A stretch of DNA of 64,000 nt from a virus, in IMG/VR virus record IMGVR_UViG_3300044731_001604, positions 32,001 to 96,000 of that record; one strand, 5' to 3'. This document shows, one piece after another, positions 16,554-26,695 of this stretch. Within the stretch, counting starts at the first letter, position 1. Each line of letters starts with the position of its first letter. A program made the position numbers and the translations under genes. The notes under the pieces were generated by a model that was not told the DNA's origin, did not search any database, and worked only from the letters and a program-made list of their open reading frames with translations.

Positions 16554-19500
16554 TTAATTTAATGCCGAAATACTAATATCACTAGTATCTAAAACAAAAG
16601 CTCTTTCATTTGGAGCAACTGTAATTAAATCATTAGATGAATCATAAATCGGATAAGTCACAGCAACCGAAACAACCCCTGGGATTGAACCACAAGCGGC
16701 TATCATGCTAGAAATACTTACTGACTCACCAACGTCTAAAGAATTGACATACCCAGCTACTGCAGCTTTACACCTGTCTCTGATCTCACCGAATGGAACG
16801 CCTGATTTAACTCTAACCACAAAATCAGCAGTAATTCGTCTAAGAATCGCCTCTTTAATGCCTATTGAAGTACCTGCAGCTCTAACGCCTGGGTAATTAG
16901 TTGTATCAGTTGGATCTCCGTAAATGATTCTGTTTAATTCTTGGATCAAACCTTTATAACTTTGATATCCATCAATACCGTAAGCTGCAGAAGTAGTGAA
17001 ACCAAGCTTACCTTTAACAGAGATTCCAGCGCCTAATGAGTTAGATATTTTAGTGATTAAATTAGGAGAATCAACAATGATGTTATACAATTGAGAATTA
17101 GCTGGGCCCAATGCCATTATGTTTTTCCACAAAGAAGTTGGATCTTTTTCTTCTACGTTAAACTGAGAATAGTCTCCGCCTAAAGTCAAAGAAGAAACGG
17201 CGGTTGGAATTGCAGTTGTATAAAGTCTAGTCGCTGTTGGGAATGATGTAGTAGTAGAATCATCTAAAACAGTATATCTTCCAATGTTTTGCGTACCAAA
17301 GTTATCAGTAGTAATAACTACAGTGTCGCCTGGCATAACAGAATCATAAGAATAAAATTGTATGTTGTTAGCATTTCCTAAAAAGAAAGTCTCTTCAACT
17401 GCATTTGAATGTTTAATCCAGAATGAGTTACCAAATGTTCTAACAACTTGGAATATACCTTGGTTAGCTTGGTTGAATTCTCTACGTTCCCAACTGTTTG
17501 GATTGATATCAGGTTGTTGTCCGTTGTTAGCCAATATAGCATAATAACGAATTCCTAAATAGTTTACATAACTTCCGATTGGATAGAAAGTAGACACAGA
17601 CCAATCAGTTGCTTGGATGTTTTTAAATCTTACCCAGTCGCCCTCAGTGATTCCGCCAGCAGTTATGTTGAACAAGCCGTCAACAGGGATAATCGCTAAG
17701 AAATCCCCATGCTTTTCAGTTTTAAGCAAAGTAAGGTCAGTTGCCGCAACAGTTTTAGGAGTTTGGAATATACCAGAACCAGCAGTTATCTCAACGCCAT
17801 TAGTGTATAATTTAATAGTGGTAGTATTATCGAAGTTTAATACTTTGTTTTGTCTAACGGTATTATATACGTTAATCCATTGGTTAGGCAATAAACCTTG
17901 GCGAGTTTCGTATGGAACTTTGAGTAAACCAAGTTTATAGTTAAGTTCAGTCGCGCCTGATTGTACGGCTAAGTCAGTTGAGTTAGCAGTTCCGCCAGTA
18001 ATTTGAACAGACCCATTGCCACCAAACGTTTTAGTTGAAAGCTGCATATCTCTGCCATATCTTGATTGAGCAATGTTACCGGTATTAGAAAATCCAGTAA
18101 CTATTAGCTTGTTCCAGAATCTATTTAAATGGTCATTAGTAACAGCGACTAACTTGAGGTTTTCGCCTATTTCAGGTGCATATGACCAAGATTTTTTCAT
18201 AGCAAACATTGGGATTGCTGGACCTGAGCTTAAGTTACTGATTAGTACGCTGTTTTCGCCATCAACCATAGTTCTAAGTGGTAAAGACCCAGTAGCAGTA
18301 ACAGTAACCGCATGAGACGAAGTGGCCACAGATACGATAGGTAAGCATATTTCAGCAAAGTATCTACCAGTTGAAACATCATAAAAAGAATCTAAAACTA
18401 CATAAGTACTAGCTAAAATAGCAACGTCATTTGGCTCACCGATTGTGCCAGATAGTTTAATGAAAGATCCAGCCAATATCTCACTAGTAGATTTTAAATA
18501 AGCTTTTCTAGAGTTAGCGTAGAAGTTCATTCCGTCAACACTAATGTTGATATAGTTACTTGCAAGACCAAGATCTTGTGTAGATATACTAATAACAGCA
18601 GATGAATTGCCAATAGAGGTTGCAACTAACTTATCAGAAAGATTGCTAGAAATGTAATCTACTACTTCTTGAGCTGTGGTTGTTACGCTAAAGAATTGTA
18701 AGTTATTGCCAGCATTTCCGCCTAAAGATCTAGCCATTGAAGCAGTCGCACTTTGGAAGTAAATGTTTCCAGAACTAATTGGAGAGCTAGCTCCAGCAAC
18801 TGAGTATTCAATTTGAGTAGGAGTTGGTATACCACTAATTGTAAATAAACCGTCATAACTTCCACCAGCGCCAGTAACTAAGATTAGATTACCTGCAGTA
18901 AAGCCATGTGGTGTACTTGTATTTAACGTAACAGTTCCAGCAATATGTGTGCCATATTGTATAGGGCTGCTAGGAACTGCAGTTGGAGTATTAATAGTAA
19001 AAGTGTTTGAACTTAAAACAGTAACAATACTAGTTTCATTAAATGGATACGTTGAACCATAACTTGCGTCAGTGTTCCAAATACCAATTCTTTGGCCAGT
19101 TGTTAAGTTGTGGCTAGCTGAAGTCGTGCAAAGAGTTGTTGCCCCAGTATTTAAGAAACCCAATAAAGGAGTATCGTCATTTTCGTAAGCGCCAGTTGGC
19201 ATTTGAACTGTAAAAGAAGTAGCCGTTACGTTTGAGATTCTACCAGTTATACCTTTGTTTACAGACAAGAAATCTGAATTAGCAGAGATTGTAACGATGT
19301 CGCCCAAAAGAACGCTTGAGCCAGTAACGCTGAAATCTGGTTGAGTTCCAGATCTATAAGTAAATGTAATTGAGTCTTTTCCACCAGTAGTTGTTTTACT
19401 TACGCTGAATGAAGTAGTATAATCCCAATTAGGAGTTCTGATGTCACCCACAGGTAGAGTAATTTTGATGTCAGATAATTCTGATGTATCAAAGCTGTGG

Positions 19501-22500
19501 CTTAGTTCAGTTTGAGAAGATCCGTCTGGGTAGACGAAACCAACTCTTACTTTATTTCCTTGGGGTCCATAATCAATGTTTTTAATTGAAATAGAATAAG
19601 TTCCATTAGTTAGAACTGTTCTAGCTTGTCTGTGTACTTTGAAGTTACTGAAATCAAAATCATAGAATGAAGCTGGGTCATTCATAGCTAAAGAAGACTC
19701 AGCATCGCTTGCAGAGAAGTCTGCAGTTGATGGAGTTGAATGATTTGAAACTGTCAATAATCTTGACACAGGTAATGCATAAGTCTTTGTAGACAGGTCA
19801 CTATCAACGATAACGCCAACAGTATCTTTTGAATCAAACATGTAAGGTTTTCTCAAAAAGAATCTATCGTCTTGCTGCATTAAAGATTCGCCAGATCTCA
19901 TGTATTGCGGTACTTTAAAACTAGCTAAGCCGCCAACATAATTAGTCATGAATGATCTTCTTGATTTGTTAGAATCAATTATATCAGATGGAGAAGATAT
20001 GTTACCGTTTTTATTTAGTATCTCAATGAAGTCGCCGTCAAAAGATTTAACTACATTAGGGTCTGGAAATGCAAAAGTGCTATCAGATAGTGCAGAGCCT
20101 AAAGTTCCGTAAGTAAATGAAGGTACGTTAACTTCGCCATCAGTTGTAGCTACGAATCCGAAATGTGATTGACTATTAGCCATAGCTAGATCTTTAGTTA
20201 AACCCAAAGCTCCACCGTTAGCATCTGCAGCAACTAAGTATAATTCACCGTCATTAGCTAGCGTTTTAGTTGATAGTCTAACGCGAGTTCCGATTACGTC
20301 TGTTTGAACGCCAACTAATTGATTAGATACTTCTGTCAAGAAATTAGACAAACTACCAGCAGTGAAGTTAAGCTCTTGCACCGGTGCGTCAGATCTTACT
20401 ATCAATATTCTATCGCTAGATACAGTAGTAAAGCCTGGAGTTCTAACAGTTGTGCCGTCGTCTACAGTTATTGAACCTGTAGCAGTTGATTCAATTCTCC
20501 AAAAACCTTGGTTGTTTATTAATGCTGATGGGTCTGTATCGTTTGCCCATACAACTAACCAATCGCCTTTTTTAGCTAATTCAAATCCTTCAGGTACGGC
20601 AGAAGGGGATTGGCCATCAATTGTTAGTTTAGTTCCAGTTTTAGAGAAAGTAATCAAAGTATCAGTTTTGAGTCCATTTACTATAGATTCAACCGAACCG
20701 TCAGCTATTAACCAAAGTTTACCTGCAGCCGCTGGTCCAGTATATAATTGAGAAGTAATTAAATTCCCACGGGTATATTGAGATCCAACTGTGACTTTAT
20801 CGCCAGCAACTAAAGTAGTAGTTAAAGATAGTTGACCAGTTTGTTTGTTTAAAGTATAATCAGATGATTTACCTGTTTTAGATAAAGTGGCAGAAGTAGA
20901 GAATAATTTCCCTATGATAGTTCCGCCAGTAATAGCAATTGACGCAGAGTTAGAAAATCCACGAGCTGATTTGAATACAAGCACATCGCCAACAACAGAT
21001 GTTAAAACGCCAGGCATTAAGTTATTACATACTTGAGCCCACACGTCAATAGAAGTGCTTGATGAAACTGTTTGAGAGATGTCGATTGCTTGGAATGCCT
21101 CAAGTGTAAACGTAGTAGTCACTGCAGGTGTACCGTCAACTTGGTAAGTTAATGTATCTCCAGCAGTAATTGATGGTTGCCATAAGCTTTTTGATAAACT
21201 AGAAACCTCAGCTTCGTATCCATCTTGATATAAAGGCAAGTCGTTTTTGTATAGTCTTAGTGTAGTTGTTTCATTTAAAGGGAATTGTAGAATATCATTA
21301 GCATTCTCACCAGAGATCGGTGTTTTGATCTTGATATTATTAGAGAAACGATCTTTGGGGTAAATAACTACATTAGCTCCACCACCAAAAGTTGAGCATA
21401 AGAAATTAAGGTTGTAATTACCGTTGATAGATGCAGCAATCTCTGCCGCTGTACCAGAACTAAGTACTTTGAAATCAGTAGCTTTAAATTGGTGTTGAGT
21501 TTCAACGCCATCAATCTCTACTGCTAGAAATGATAAGTCATTTACGTAAAATGGTGAGATCGCAGCACTTTTTAATCTAGCTTGAGCAATTGGCTTTTGT
21601 CTTAGTTGGAGTTCTTTCTCTCCACCCACAGCTTGATCTACTACAGTTTCAAATGGTGAACCAACAAAGTTTGGCTCATATCCGCTACCATCATCAAATA
21701 CTAATTCGCTTGAGTTATCTGGGTATCTAACTATAGATGAAGATTTAACTTTCTTAAGTTCGTCTTTAGCTGTAACGCCGATTGACGCGTACTGAATAGC
21801 TACTTCGATACCCTTAGCTTTAGCCTGCTCATACTTTTTAATTCTATCTCTGATAACATCGTCATAGTCTGCATCAGATCCATTTGAAAAAGCTGAATCA
21901 TTATAAGATACTGCATTAAAAGATAAGCCGAGAACTTCTTTAAGCGCACCGCGAGCAATGTTACCCAAAGTGCCAGGACTTGAACACTTGACTGGAACGT
22001 TTGAGATGGATGTTTCACCGTCTAAAATAGTTGCAGCAGAAGTCGTAATAAAGCCGACCGCAGATACAGATGCACCTTGTGCTGTTTGTAAAGTTGTGTT
22101 AGCTTGAATGTATCTATTTCCACCTTGAGCAAAAACTATTGATTCACCGATATTGTGATATCTAGTAGTCGGTGAAGTTCCAGCCAAAGTAATTGACCAA
22201 TAAGCTCCACCAGCTTCTGGAGTTACAGCAGTGTAAGTCAATGGGCCTTCTACATTATTAGTTTGTCTTCCAATATAGATTTGTCCACCAGTTGAAGAGA
22301 ACTTAGATGCGTCAGCAACATATATCTTAACTGAACCAGCAACAGGAGCTGGTTGGCCAGGGTAGATAGAAGTAGAGATTTTAGTAAAGGTTGTATCAGT
22401 AATAGTGACGCGACCAGTTGCCGGCATAGCAGAAAGTATTGGTACGTTTCTATCTAAGGCCAATCTTTGCAAGCTTTCGCCTGTGGCTCTATCAACTGAA

Positions 22501-22685
22501 TTAGAGTCGATCATTGTGATAATATCAGCACTAGATTTAAATAAATTTTGTGCAATAGCTTCAATAAATTGCATCAAAACAGAATTATCTGTGATGTCAA
22601 TGTCTTTACGAACTCTAGCTCTAACAGAATCTAGAATTTCACCAGCAATTTGCTCTTTCGACCTTAATTCAGGAAGTTTTGGCAT
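16554..22685 (-). CDS. Baseplate J/gp47-family wedge protein with very large insertion (2043 aa)
   Basis: N-term DRATGESLQRLA...PATGRVT...VKCSSPGTLGNI...NGSDADYDDVIRDRI; C-term AVAGYVNSLDVGESVSISSMIAACGSIPGVVSV. Confidence 0.8.
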   Translation of the reverse strand: MPKLPELRSKEQIAGEILDSVRARVRKDIDITDNSVLMQFIEAIAQNLFKSSADIITMIDSNSVDRATGESLQRLALDRNVPILSAMPATGRVTITDTTFTKISTSIYPGQPAPVAGSVKIYVADASKFSSTGGQIYIGRQTNNVEGPLTYTAVTPEAGGAYWSITLAGTSPTTRYHNIGESIVFAQGGNRYIQANTTLQTAQGASVSAVGFITTSAATILDGETSISNVPVKCSSPGTLGNIARGALKEVLGLSFNAVSYNDSAFSNGSDADYDDVIRDRIKKYEQAKAKGIEVAIQYASIGVTAKDELKKVKSSSIVRYPDNSSELVFDDGSGYEPNFVGSPFETVVDQAVGGEKELQLRQKPIAQARLKSAAISPFYVNDLSFLAVEIDGVETQHQFKATDFKVLSSGTAAEIAASINGNYNLNFLCSTFGGGANVVIYPKDRFSNNIKIKTPISGENANDILQFPLNETTTLRLYKNDLPLYQDGYEAEVSSLSKSLWQPSITAGDTLTYQVDGTPAVTTTFTLEAFQAIDISQTVSSSTSIDVWAQVCNNLMPGVLTSVVGDVLVFKSARGFSNSASIAITGGTIIGKLFSTSATLSKTGKSSDYTLNKQTGQLSLTTTLVAGDKVTVGSQYTRGNLITSQLYTGPAAAGKLWLIADGSVESIVNGLKTDTLITFSKTGTKLTIDGQSPSAVPEGFELAKKGDWLVVWANDTDPSALINNQGFWRIESTATGSITVDDGTTVRTPGFTTVSSDRILIVRSDAPVQELNFTAGSLSNFLTEVSNQLVGVQTDVIGTRVRLSTKTLANDGELYLVAADANGGALGLTKDLAMANSQSHFGFVATTDGEVNVPSFTYGTLGSALSDSTFAFPDPNVVKSFDGDFIEILNKNGNISSPSDIIDSNKSRRSFMTNYVGGLASFKVPQYMRSGESLMQQDDRFFLRKPYMFDSKDTVGVIVDSDLSTKTYALPVSRLLTVSNHSTPSTADFSASDAESSLAMNDPASFYDFDFSNFKVHRQARTVLTNGTYSISIKNIDYGPQGNKVRVGFVYPDGSSQTELSHSFDTSELSDIKITLPVGDIRTPNWDYTTSFSVSKTTTGGKDSITFTYRSGTQPDFSVTGSSVLLGDIVTISANSDFLSVNKGITGRISNVTATSFTVQMPTGAYENDDTPLLGFLNTGATTLCTTSASHNLTTGQRIGIWNTDASYGSTYPFNETSIVTVLSSNTFTINTPTAVPSSPIQYGTHIAGTVTLNTSTPHGFTAGNLILVTGAGGSYDGLFTISGIPTPTQIEYSVAGASSPISSGNIYFQSATASMARSLGGNAGNNLQFFSVTTTAQEVVDYISSNLSDKLVATSIGNSSAVISISTQDLGLASNYINISVDGMNFYANSRKAYLKSTSEILAGSFIKLSGTIGEPNDVAILASTYVVLDSFYDVSTGRYFAEICLPIVSVATSSHAVTVTATGSLPLRTMVDGENSVLISNLSSGPAIPMFAMKKSWSYAPEIGENLKLVAVTNDHLNRFWNKLIVTGFSNTGNIAQSRYGRDMQLSTKTFGGNGSVQITGGTANSTDLAVQSGATELNYKLGLLKVPYETRQGLLPNQWINVYNTVRQNKVLNFDNTTTIKLYTNGVEITAGSGIFQTPKTVAATDLTLLKTEKHGDFLAIIPVDGLFNITAGGITEGDWVRFKNIQATDWSVSTFYPIGSYVNYLGIRYYAILANNGQQPDINPNSWERREFNQANQGIFQVVRTFGNSFWIKHSNAVEETFFLGNANNIQFYSYDSVMPGDTVVITTDNFGTQNIGRYTVLDDSTTTSFPTATRLYTTAIPTAVSSLTLGGDYSQFNVEEKDPTSLWKNIMALGPANSQLYNIIVDSPNLITKISNSLGAGISVKGKLGFTTSAAYGIDGYQSYKGLIQELNRIIYGDPTDTTNYPGVRAAGTSIGIKEAILRRITADFVVRVKSGVPFGEIRDRCKAAVAGYVNSLDVGESVSISSMIAACGSIPGVVSVAVTYPIYDSSNDLITVAPNERAFVLDTSDISISALN

Positions 22686-22713
22686 GATAACCTCTAATTG
22701 TCTTTATAGATGT

Positions 22714-22722
22714 AAGATTAGG
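22714..22722 (-). promoter_or_regulatory. Late-promoter-like motif CCTAATCTT
   Basis: Directly after upstream TAA. Confidence 0.7.
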
Positions 22723-25251
22723 TTATCTAGGAATTTCTGCGCCTATAGGAAGCGATATGCTAGTATCAGAGATTTCTACCAATAATTTAATATCAATAGA
22801 GGTTCCTTTAAGCTGGACCTCTCCGCCAGAAACACCTGCAAATCTTGGATCATTGGCAAATGACTGCTCTAACGATCTCATAACCTCTTTAACATCTATT
22901 TCAGAGTTTGGCTGACCAACTTGTACCGGATTACCAAACCCTGGATCTTGTAGTAAAGTATTTGTATTCGTTTTAATTTTCATCAATGCTGCTTGGATTA
23001 AATTGGTCATACCGTAAGCAAGTTTAACGTCACCTGCACTAGAGAATACCATATCACCATTTTGATCTAGTAAAAAGTCAACCTTAGCCATTCTAGCAAT
23101 ACCAGTTAAATCAGACACTTCTGGGCTTGTTTTAAGCATTGAAGTGAAGTTAGGTGGAATTAGAGATGGGATAGCTATAAGCATACTTGAATTAATAGTA
23201 TCCGGAGCGTAGACTTTTATCTTAGCATTTTGTGATACTTTATATATACTTAGTAGTGTTTGGCCCGGCTCAAATGTCAAAAGAGTAGATATAGCATTAA
23301 CTACGTCTATTGATTTAATTTTTCTCACCGTCGCTCTTTCGTTATCAGAAGAGATTTCAACAGTTTGCCCTACATAGAATCCAAACGGAGAAGCTACTGA
23401 TAATGTGTCTCCACCAACTGAAGAAGTTACAGTTACATACGTACCTTCTTCATCTACATAAGGAGCCTTTAAAGCATTTAATGCAGCTAGTTCAACCCAA
23501 CGCTCAGATGAACCAAGATACTTCATTGCGACTTGCTCTAATGTTCCGTTTAATGGAAAAGGAACTAGGAATCTTGATTGACTGTTTTGTTCAAATCTAA
23601 TGCCACTTGAAACAGCATAGTCAGAATAGAATTTAAAGTAATCATCTTGAGTTGTTTCAGTGTCATCCATTACAGCTATGATGGAGTCCATTGCACTTAT
23701 TGCATTATTTAATTCATTCAATAAGTTAATATCATCAGTTGTCAACTTTTTATACGTTTTAGTAACAGAGCCATATCCTTTAGATAAGTTATAACTAGAT
23801 GAACCGCCACCGAATGATTCAGAGATAGATCTAGAAAAATCTTCTACCATTTTACGCTTAGCGATCATATCAGCAGATGTTAAAGAATCAATTGATGCAT
23901 CTATTAAATCTAATGCCTCTTGTTCGTTTGGTGATAGAGTCAATGATTCCATTGGAATTTTATCTAATATCTCTGGGTGCTTAACAGCATTATCTAAGAA
24001 CGCATCAAATGGGTCTGAACTATCGCCCGGTTTTGTGTAGTCATCCGGTTGGCCATCGTTTAACTTACTGTTAGTTGTAGCAGTAGTTATGTCATTAGAT
24101 GCTGACGTTCTATCAATAGTTATAATAACGTCTTGATTAACAGACCAAGAATTGCTGAAATATTGTCTTAGTGGCTCTCTTAAATCTTGTTTAATAAAAG
24201 TAGAATTCCAAACGTAATCGCCAACTGTTTTAGTTGCAGATCCAAGTTCCCTAGCAAATGCAGTAGCTTGACCCATTGGAGTTACTAAAGAATCATGTAT
24301 GTCAGATCTAATACCAGATAATACCCCATGCACTCCAGCCACAGTATCTCTAGCTCTTCTTAAAGCTACAAGGGCTGCTGACATTTTGTTAGTTACTGGT
24401 TTTGATGGAGCTTTTGGTATAGATACTTTGCCAATAGATTTGACATTTGGGTACCTTTTATAAGCTATTAGATTAATGTTGTAGCTATACTCATTAGTTC
24501 CAGCACTTTTATTAATAGAATAACTATTTAATGAACAAGCGTAATACTCATTGTCTTTGTTCATTAAAAACACTAGTCTCCAACCTTTATTGGCAGCTAA
24601 TTTTTTGCCGGCCAAATAATAATCAAAGAATCTGGTCATATCGTGGATAGTTTGGTATCCAGTTAATAGGCCAGCATCACTTGAATAATTAAGTGGGGCA
24701 TTGAATGCAGCATCAGCACCAAAAGCAACCTTAACAGCATTAAGAGCTGCGTTTGCTTGGTTTTGAAGATTGTCAATAGATTTGATAGTATTTTTAAATG
24801 CAAACTTAAGAATATCACTAGTTCCGGCATTATTAGCAGCAGAATTTGGAGCAGTTGGGTGTATAGTCCCAGATGTCCCAGCTATAGATATTTGTCTGAA
24901 AGGAGCACCGTTTGCTGTGCTGTATATTCCCTTCATTGTTGCTTCTAATGTCTCAGTTGAAGGTACGCTCTTTTGAATAGCTTGTGGTGGAATTGGAAAA
25001 GTATATACAGCTATAACACCTTTAGACTTATCAACTATTTGGAATTCATAAGAAAGAGACTTATTGAAGTTAGTATTGTTAAGTTTAGAGAATCGGAAGA
25101 ATGTATCAGACGACATAACAGTAGATGAATCTACCGTAGACAATCCACTAATTGCACTATTTGGTTTTTTACCCTGCAAAGACGCAGCAGTACTGCTAAG
25201 TGTTTTCTTAGCTAAATCCCCAGCTTTGCCTAATAAGTTATTGGTACTCAA
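22723..25251 (-). CDS. Baseplate protein with LysM-like segment and C-terminal gp25/W-like domain
   Basis: TLEQVAMKYLGSSERWVELAALNAL; DFLLDQNGD...GMTNLIQA...PGFG...DPRF; start revised to TTG at 25251 (TTGA overlap). Confidence 0.65.
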   Translation of the reverse strand: MSTNNLLGKAGDLAKKTLSSTAASLQGKKPNSAISGLSTVDSSTVMSSDTFFRFSKLNNTNFNKSLSYEFQIVDKSKGVIAVYTFPIPPQAIQKSVPSTETLEATMKGIYSTANGAPFRQISIAGTSGTIHPTAPNSAANNAGTSDILKFAFKNTIKSIDNLQNQANAALNAVKVAFGADAAFNAPLNYSSDAGLLTGYQTIHDMTRFFDYYLAGKKLAANKGWRLVFLMNKDNEYYACSLNSYSINKSAGTNEYSYNINLIAYKRYPNVKSIGKVSIPKAPSKPVTNKMSAALVALRRARDTVAGVHGVLSGIRSDIHDSLVTPMGQATAFARELGSATKTVGDYVWNSTFIKQDLREPLRQYFSNSWSVNQDVIITIDRTSASNDITTATTNSKLNDGQPDDYTKPGDSSDPFDAFLDNAVKHPEILDKIPMESLTLSPNEQEALDLIDASIDSLTSADMIAKRKMVEDFSRSISESFGGGSSSYNLSKGYGSVTKTYKKLTTDDINLLNELNNAISAMDSIIAVMDDTETTQDDYFKFYSDYAVSSGIRFEQNSQSRFLVPFPLNGTLEQVAMKYLGSSERWVELAALNALKAPYVDEEGTYVTVTSSVGGDTLSVASPFGFYVGQTVEISSDNERATVRKIKSIDVVNAISTLLTFEPGQTLLSIYKVSQNAKIKVYAPDTINSSMLIAIPSLIPPNFTSMLKTSPEVSDLTGIARMAKVDFLLDQNGDMVFSSAGDVKLAYGMTNLIQAALMKIKTNTNTLLQDPGFGNPVQVGQPNSEIDVKEVMRSLEQSFANDPRFAGVSGGEVQLKGTSIDIKLLVEISDTSISLPIGAEIPR

Positions 25252-25979
25252 ATTGCAACTCCCGTTCCTGTGCCAACTGCCGGCAATCCACACACTTGCG
25301 CTCCTGCTGGAGGAACTAGTGGTATACATACACCGATTATTGTTACGTTAGCTTTCGCGCTTGACATAACACCATCAGCGTAACCTTTAGCTATCGCATT
25401 ACAAAAATCTGGCCAGAACTCACCTTTAAGATTAGGTGAAAAGCTTTGAATACTTGTGCCAACTAAATCTGGCATAATTCCAGTGAATTTATGGTTTAAA
25501 AGTGGGTCAACTTGGCCTGATCCTGAATATATAATAGTATGAGTGGAATTCAACGTCCAAGCTACAGCAAAGTGTTCTTTCACAGCTTTTGCTATACCAT
25601 CAGAAATTGCTTTCAAATATTCCCCAGAGTTTTTTGGTTTAGGTGGCCAGCTATCGTGCATAGTCCCACCGTACTTACTAACAATAGCATCTCTAGCAGA
25701 ATTGTATATATTCTTGCTGATAAGATTTTGATCTACTATTATCCCAGATCCAGTCCCAACTCCTGGCGGAACTAACGGAGCTGAAGTAAATCCGTTATCT
25801 GAAGTTGTGAAAGACAATGACGTAGTTGATGCTGCTATGCCCCGTCCAATTGATTGACACATTTGTGTAAAGTATATTGGATTTTCTTGGGCCATTGGGT
25901 CATATCCACTAATTTTTGTCATATTAGTTCTGATATTGGTTTGAATCATGTTACTAAAAACGTCTGGAATGATTGCCAT
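25248..25979 (-). CDS. Hypothetical baseplate-region protein
   Basis: Coupled to spike gene; three AIxxGIA-like helices. Confidence 0.55.
   Translation of the reverse strand: MAIIPDVFSNMIQTNIRTNMTKISGYDPMAQENPIYFTQMCQSIGRGIAASTTSLSFTTSDNGFTSAPLVPPGVGTGSGIIVDQNLISKNIYNSARDAIVSKYGGTMHDSWPPKPKNSGEYLKAISDGIAKAVKEHFAVAWTLNSTHTIIYSGSGQVDPLLNHKFTGIMPDLVGTSIQSFSPNLKGEFWPDFCNAIAKGYADGVMSSAKANVTIIGVCIPLVPPAGAQVCGLPAVGTGTGVAI
25428..25436 (-). promoter_or_regulatory. Intragenic late-promoter-like motif CCTAATCTT
   Basis: Exact motif about 180 nt upstream of the 25251 start; could be chance. Confidence 0.35.
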
Positions 25980-26695
25980 TAAAATGGGCCTCCAGCTTTT
26001 ACGTTTCTAACACCAATTGACGGCTGACCAGTGATATTATCTACTAGCGGCATAGTCTTAGTAGTTAACACTTCGCCCATATCGCCATTTAAGTTTATCT
26101 CTTTTGCAGTAATTGTTGCATTATTTGAAGCAGTTACATCTACATTTTTACAGTTTAAAGTAACATCTCCGGCCACTGTAACCGACATAGCATTCTTAAT
26201 ATTAATCTTTAAATCTTTGGCATCTATTGTAATAGTATTACTTGCTTTATCTAAAACTATTTTTTCGCCAACAGAATCATTTAACTCTATGGTATTTTTA
26301 GTTAATTTAAAACTAGGTCCAGAATCAGATGTGACAGAATAATTGCCGTCTTTGTCTATATATCTAACAATGCTATTAAATCTATTGCGCCAATGTTTTC
26401 CTAAGCTAGCATTTTGACTAGCTGGATAATGCCTGGTACCGCCTTGAATAATTCCAAGTGAAGTATCTCCGCGTGGAAACATAACCATAACCTTAGCGCC
26501 AACTTCTAATACTATATCCTCGAAATCATCATTTGTTCCGAATACATCGCCACGTATACAGCGACAAGGTAATTGAGCATATTCATCCGCTGTGATAAGA
26601 ACTTGGTATTGGTACTGATAGCCAGATGAGTTGATCTTATCTTTTGGCGCATAAACATTTGTTATTGTTCCGAAATAATATCCGTTAAGTTTCAT
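25979..26695 (-). CDS. Baseplate spike / gpV-like protein
   Basis: N-terminal OB-fold pattern (EVGAKVMVMFPRGD..GIIQG) then short beta repeats. Confidence 0.7.
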   Translation of the reverse strand: MKLNGYYFGTITNVYAPKDKINSSGYQYQYQVLITADEYAQLPCRCIRGDVFGTNDDFEDIVLEVGAKVMVMFPRGDTSLGIIQGGTRHYPASQNASLGKHWRNRFNSIVRYIDKDGNYSVTSDSGPSFKLTKNTIELNDSVGEKIVLDKASNTITIDAKDLKINIKNAMSVTVAGDVTLNCKNVDVTASNNATITAKEINLNGDMGEVLTTKTMPLVDNITGQPSIGVRNVKAGGPF

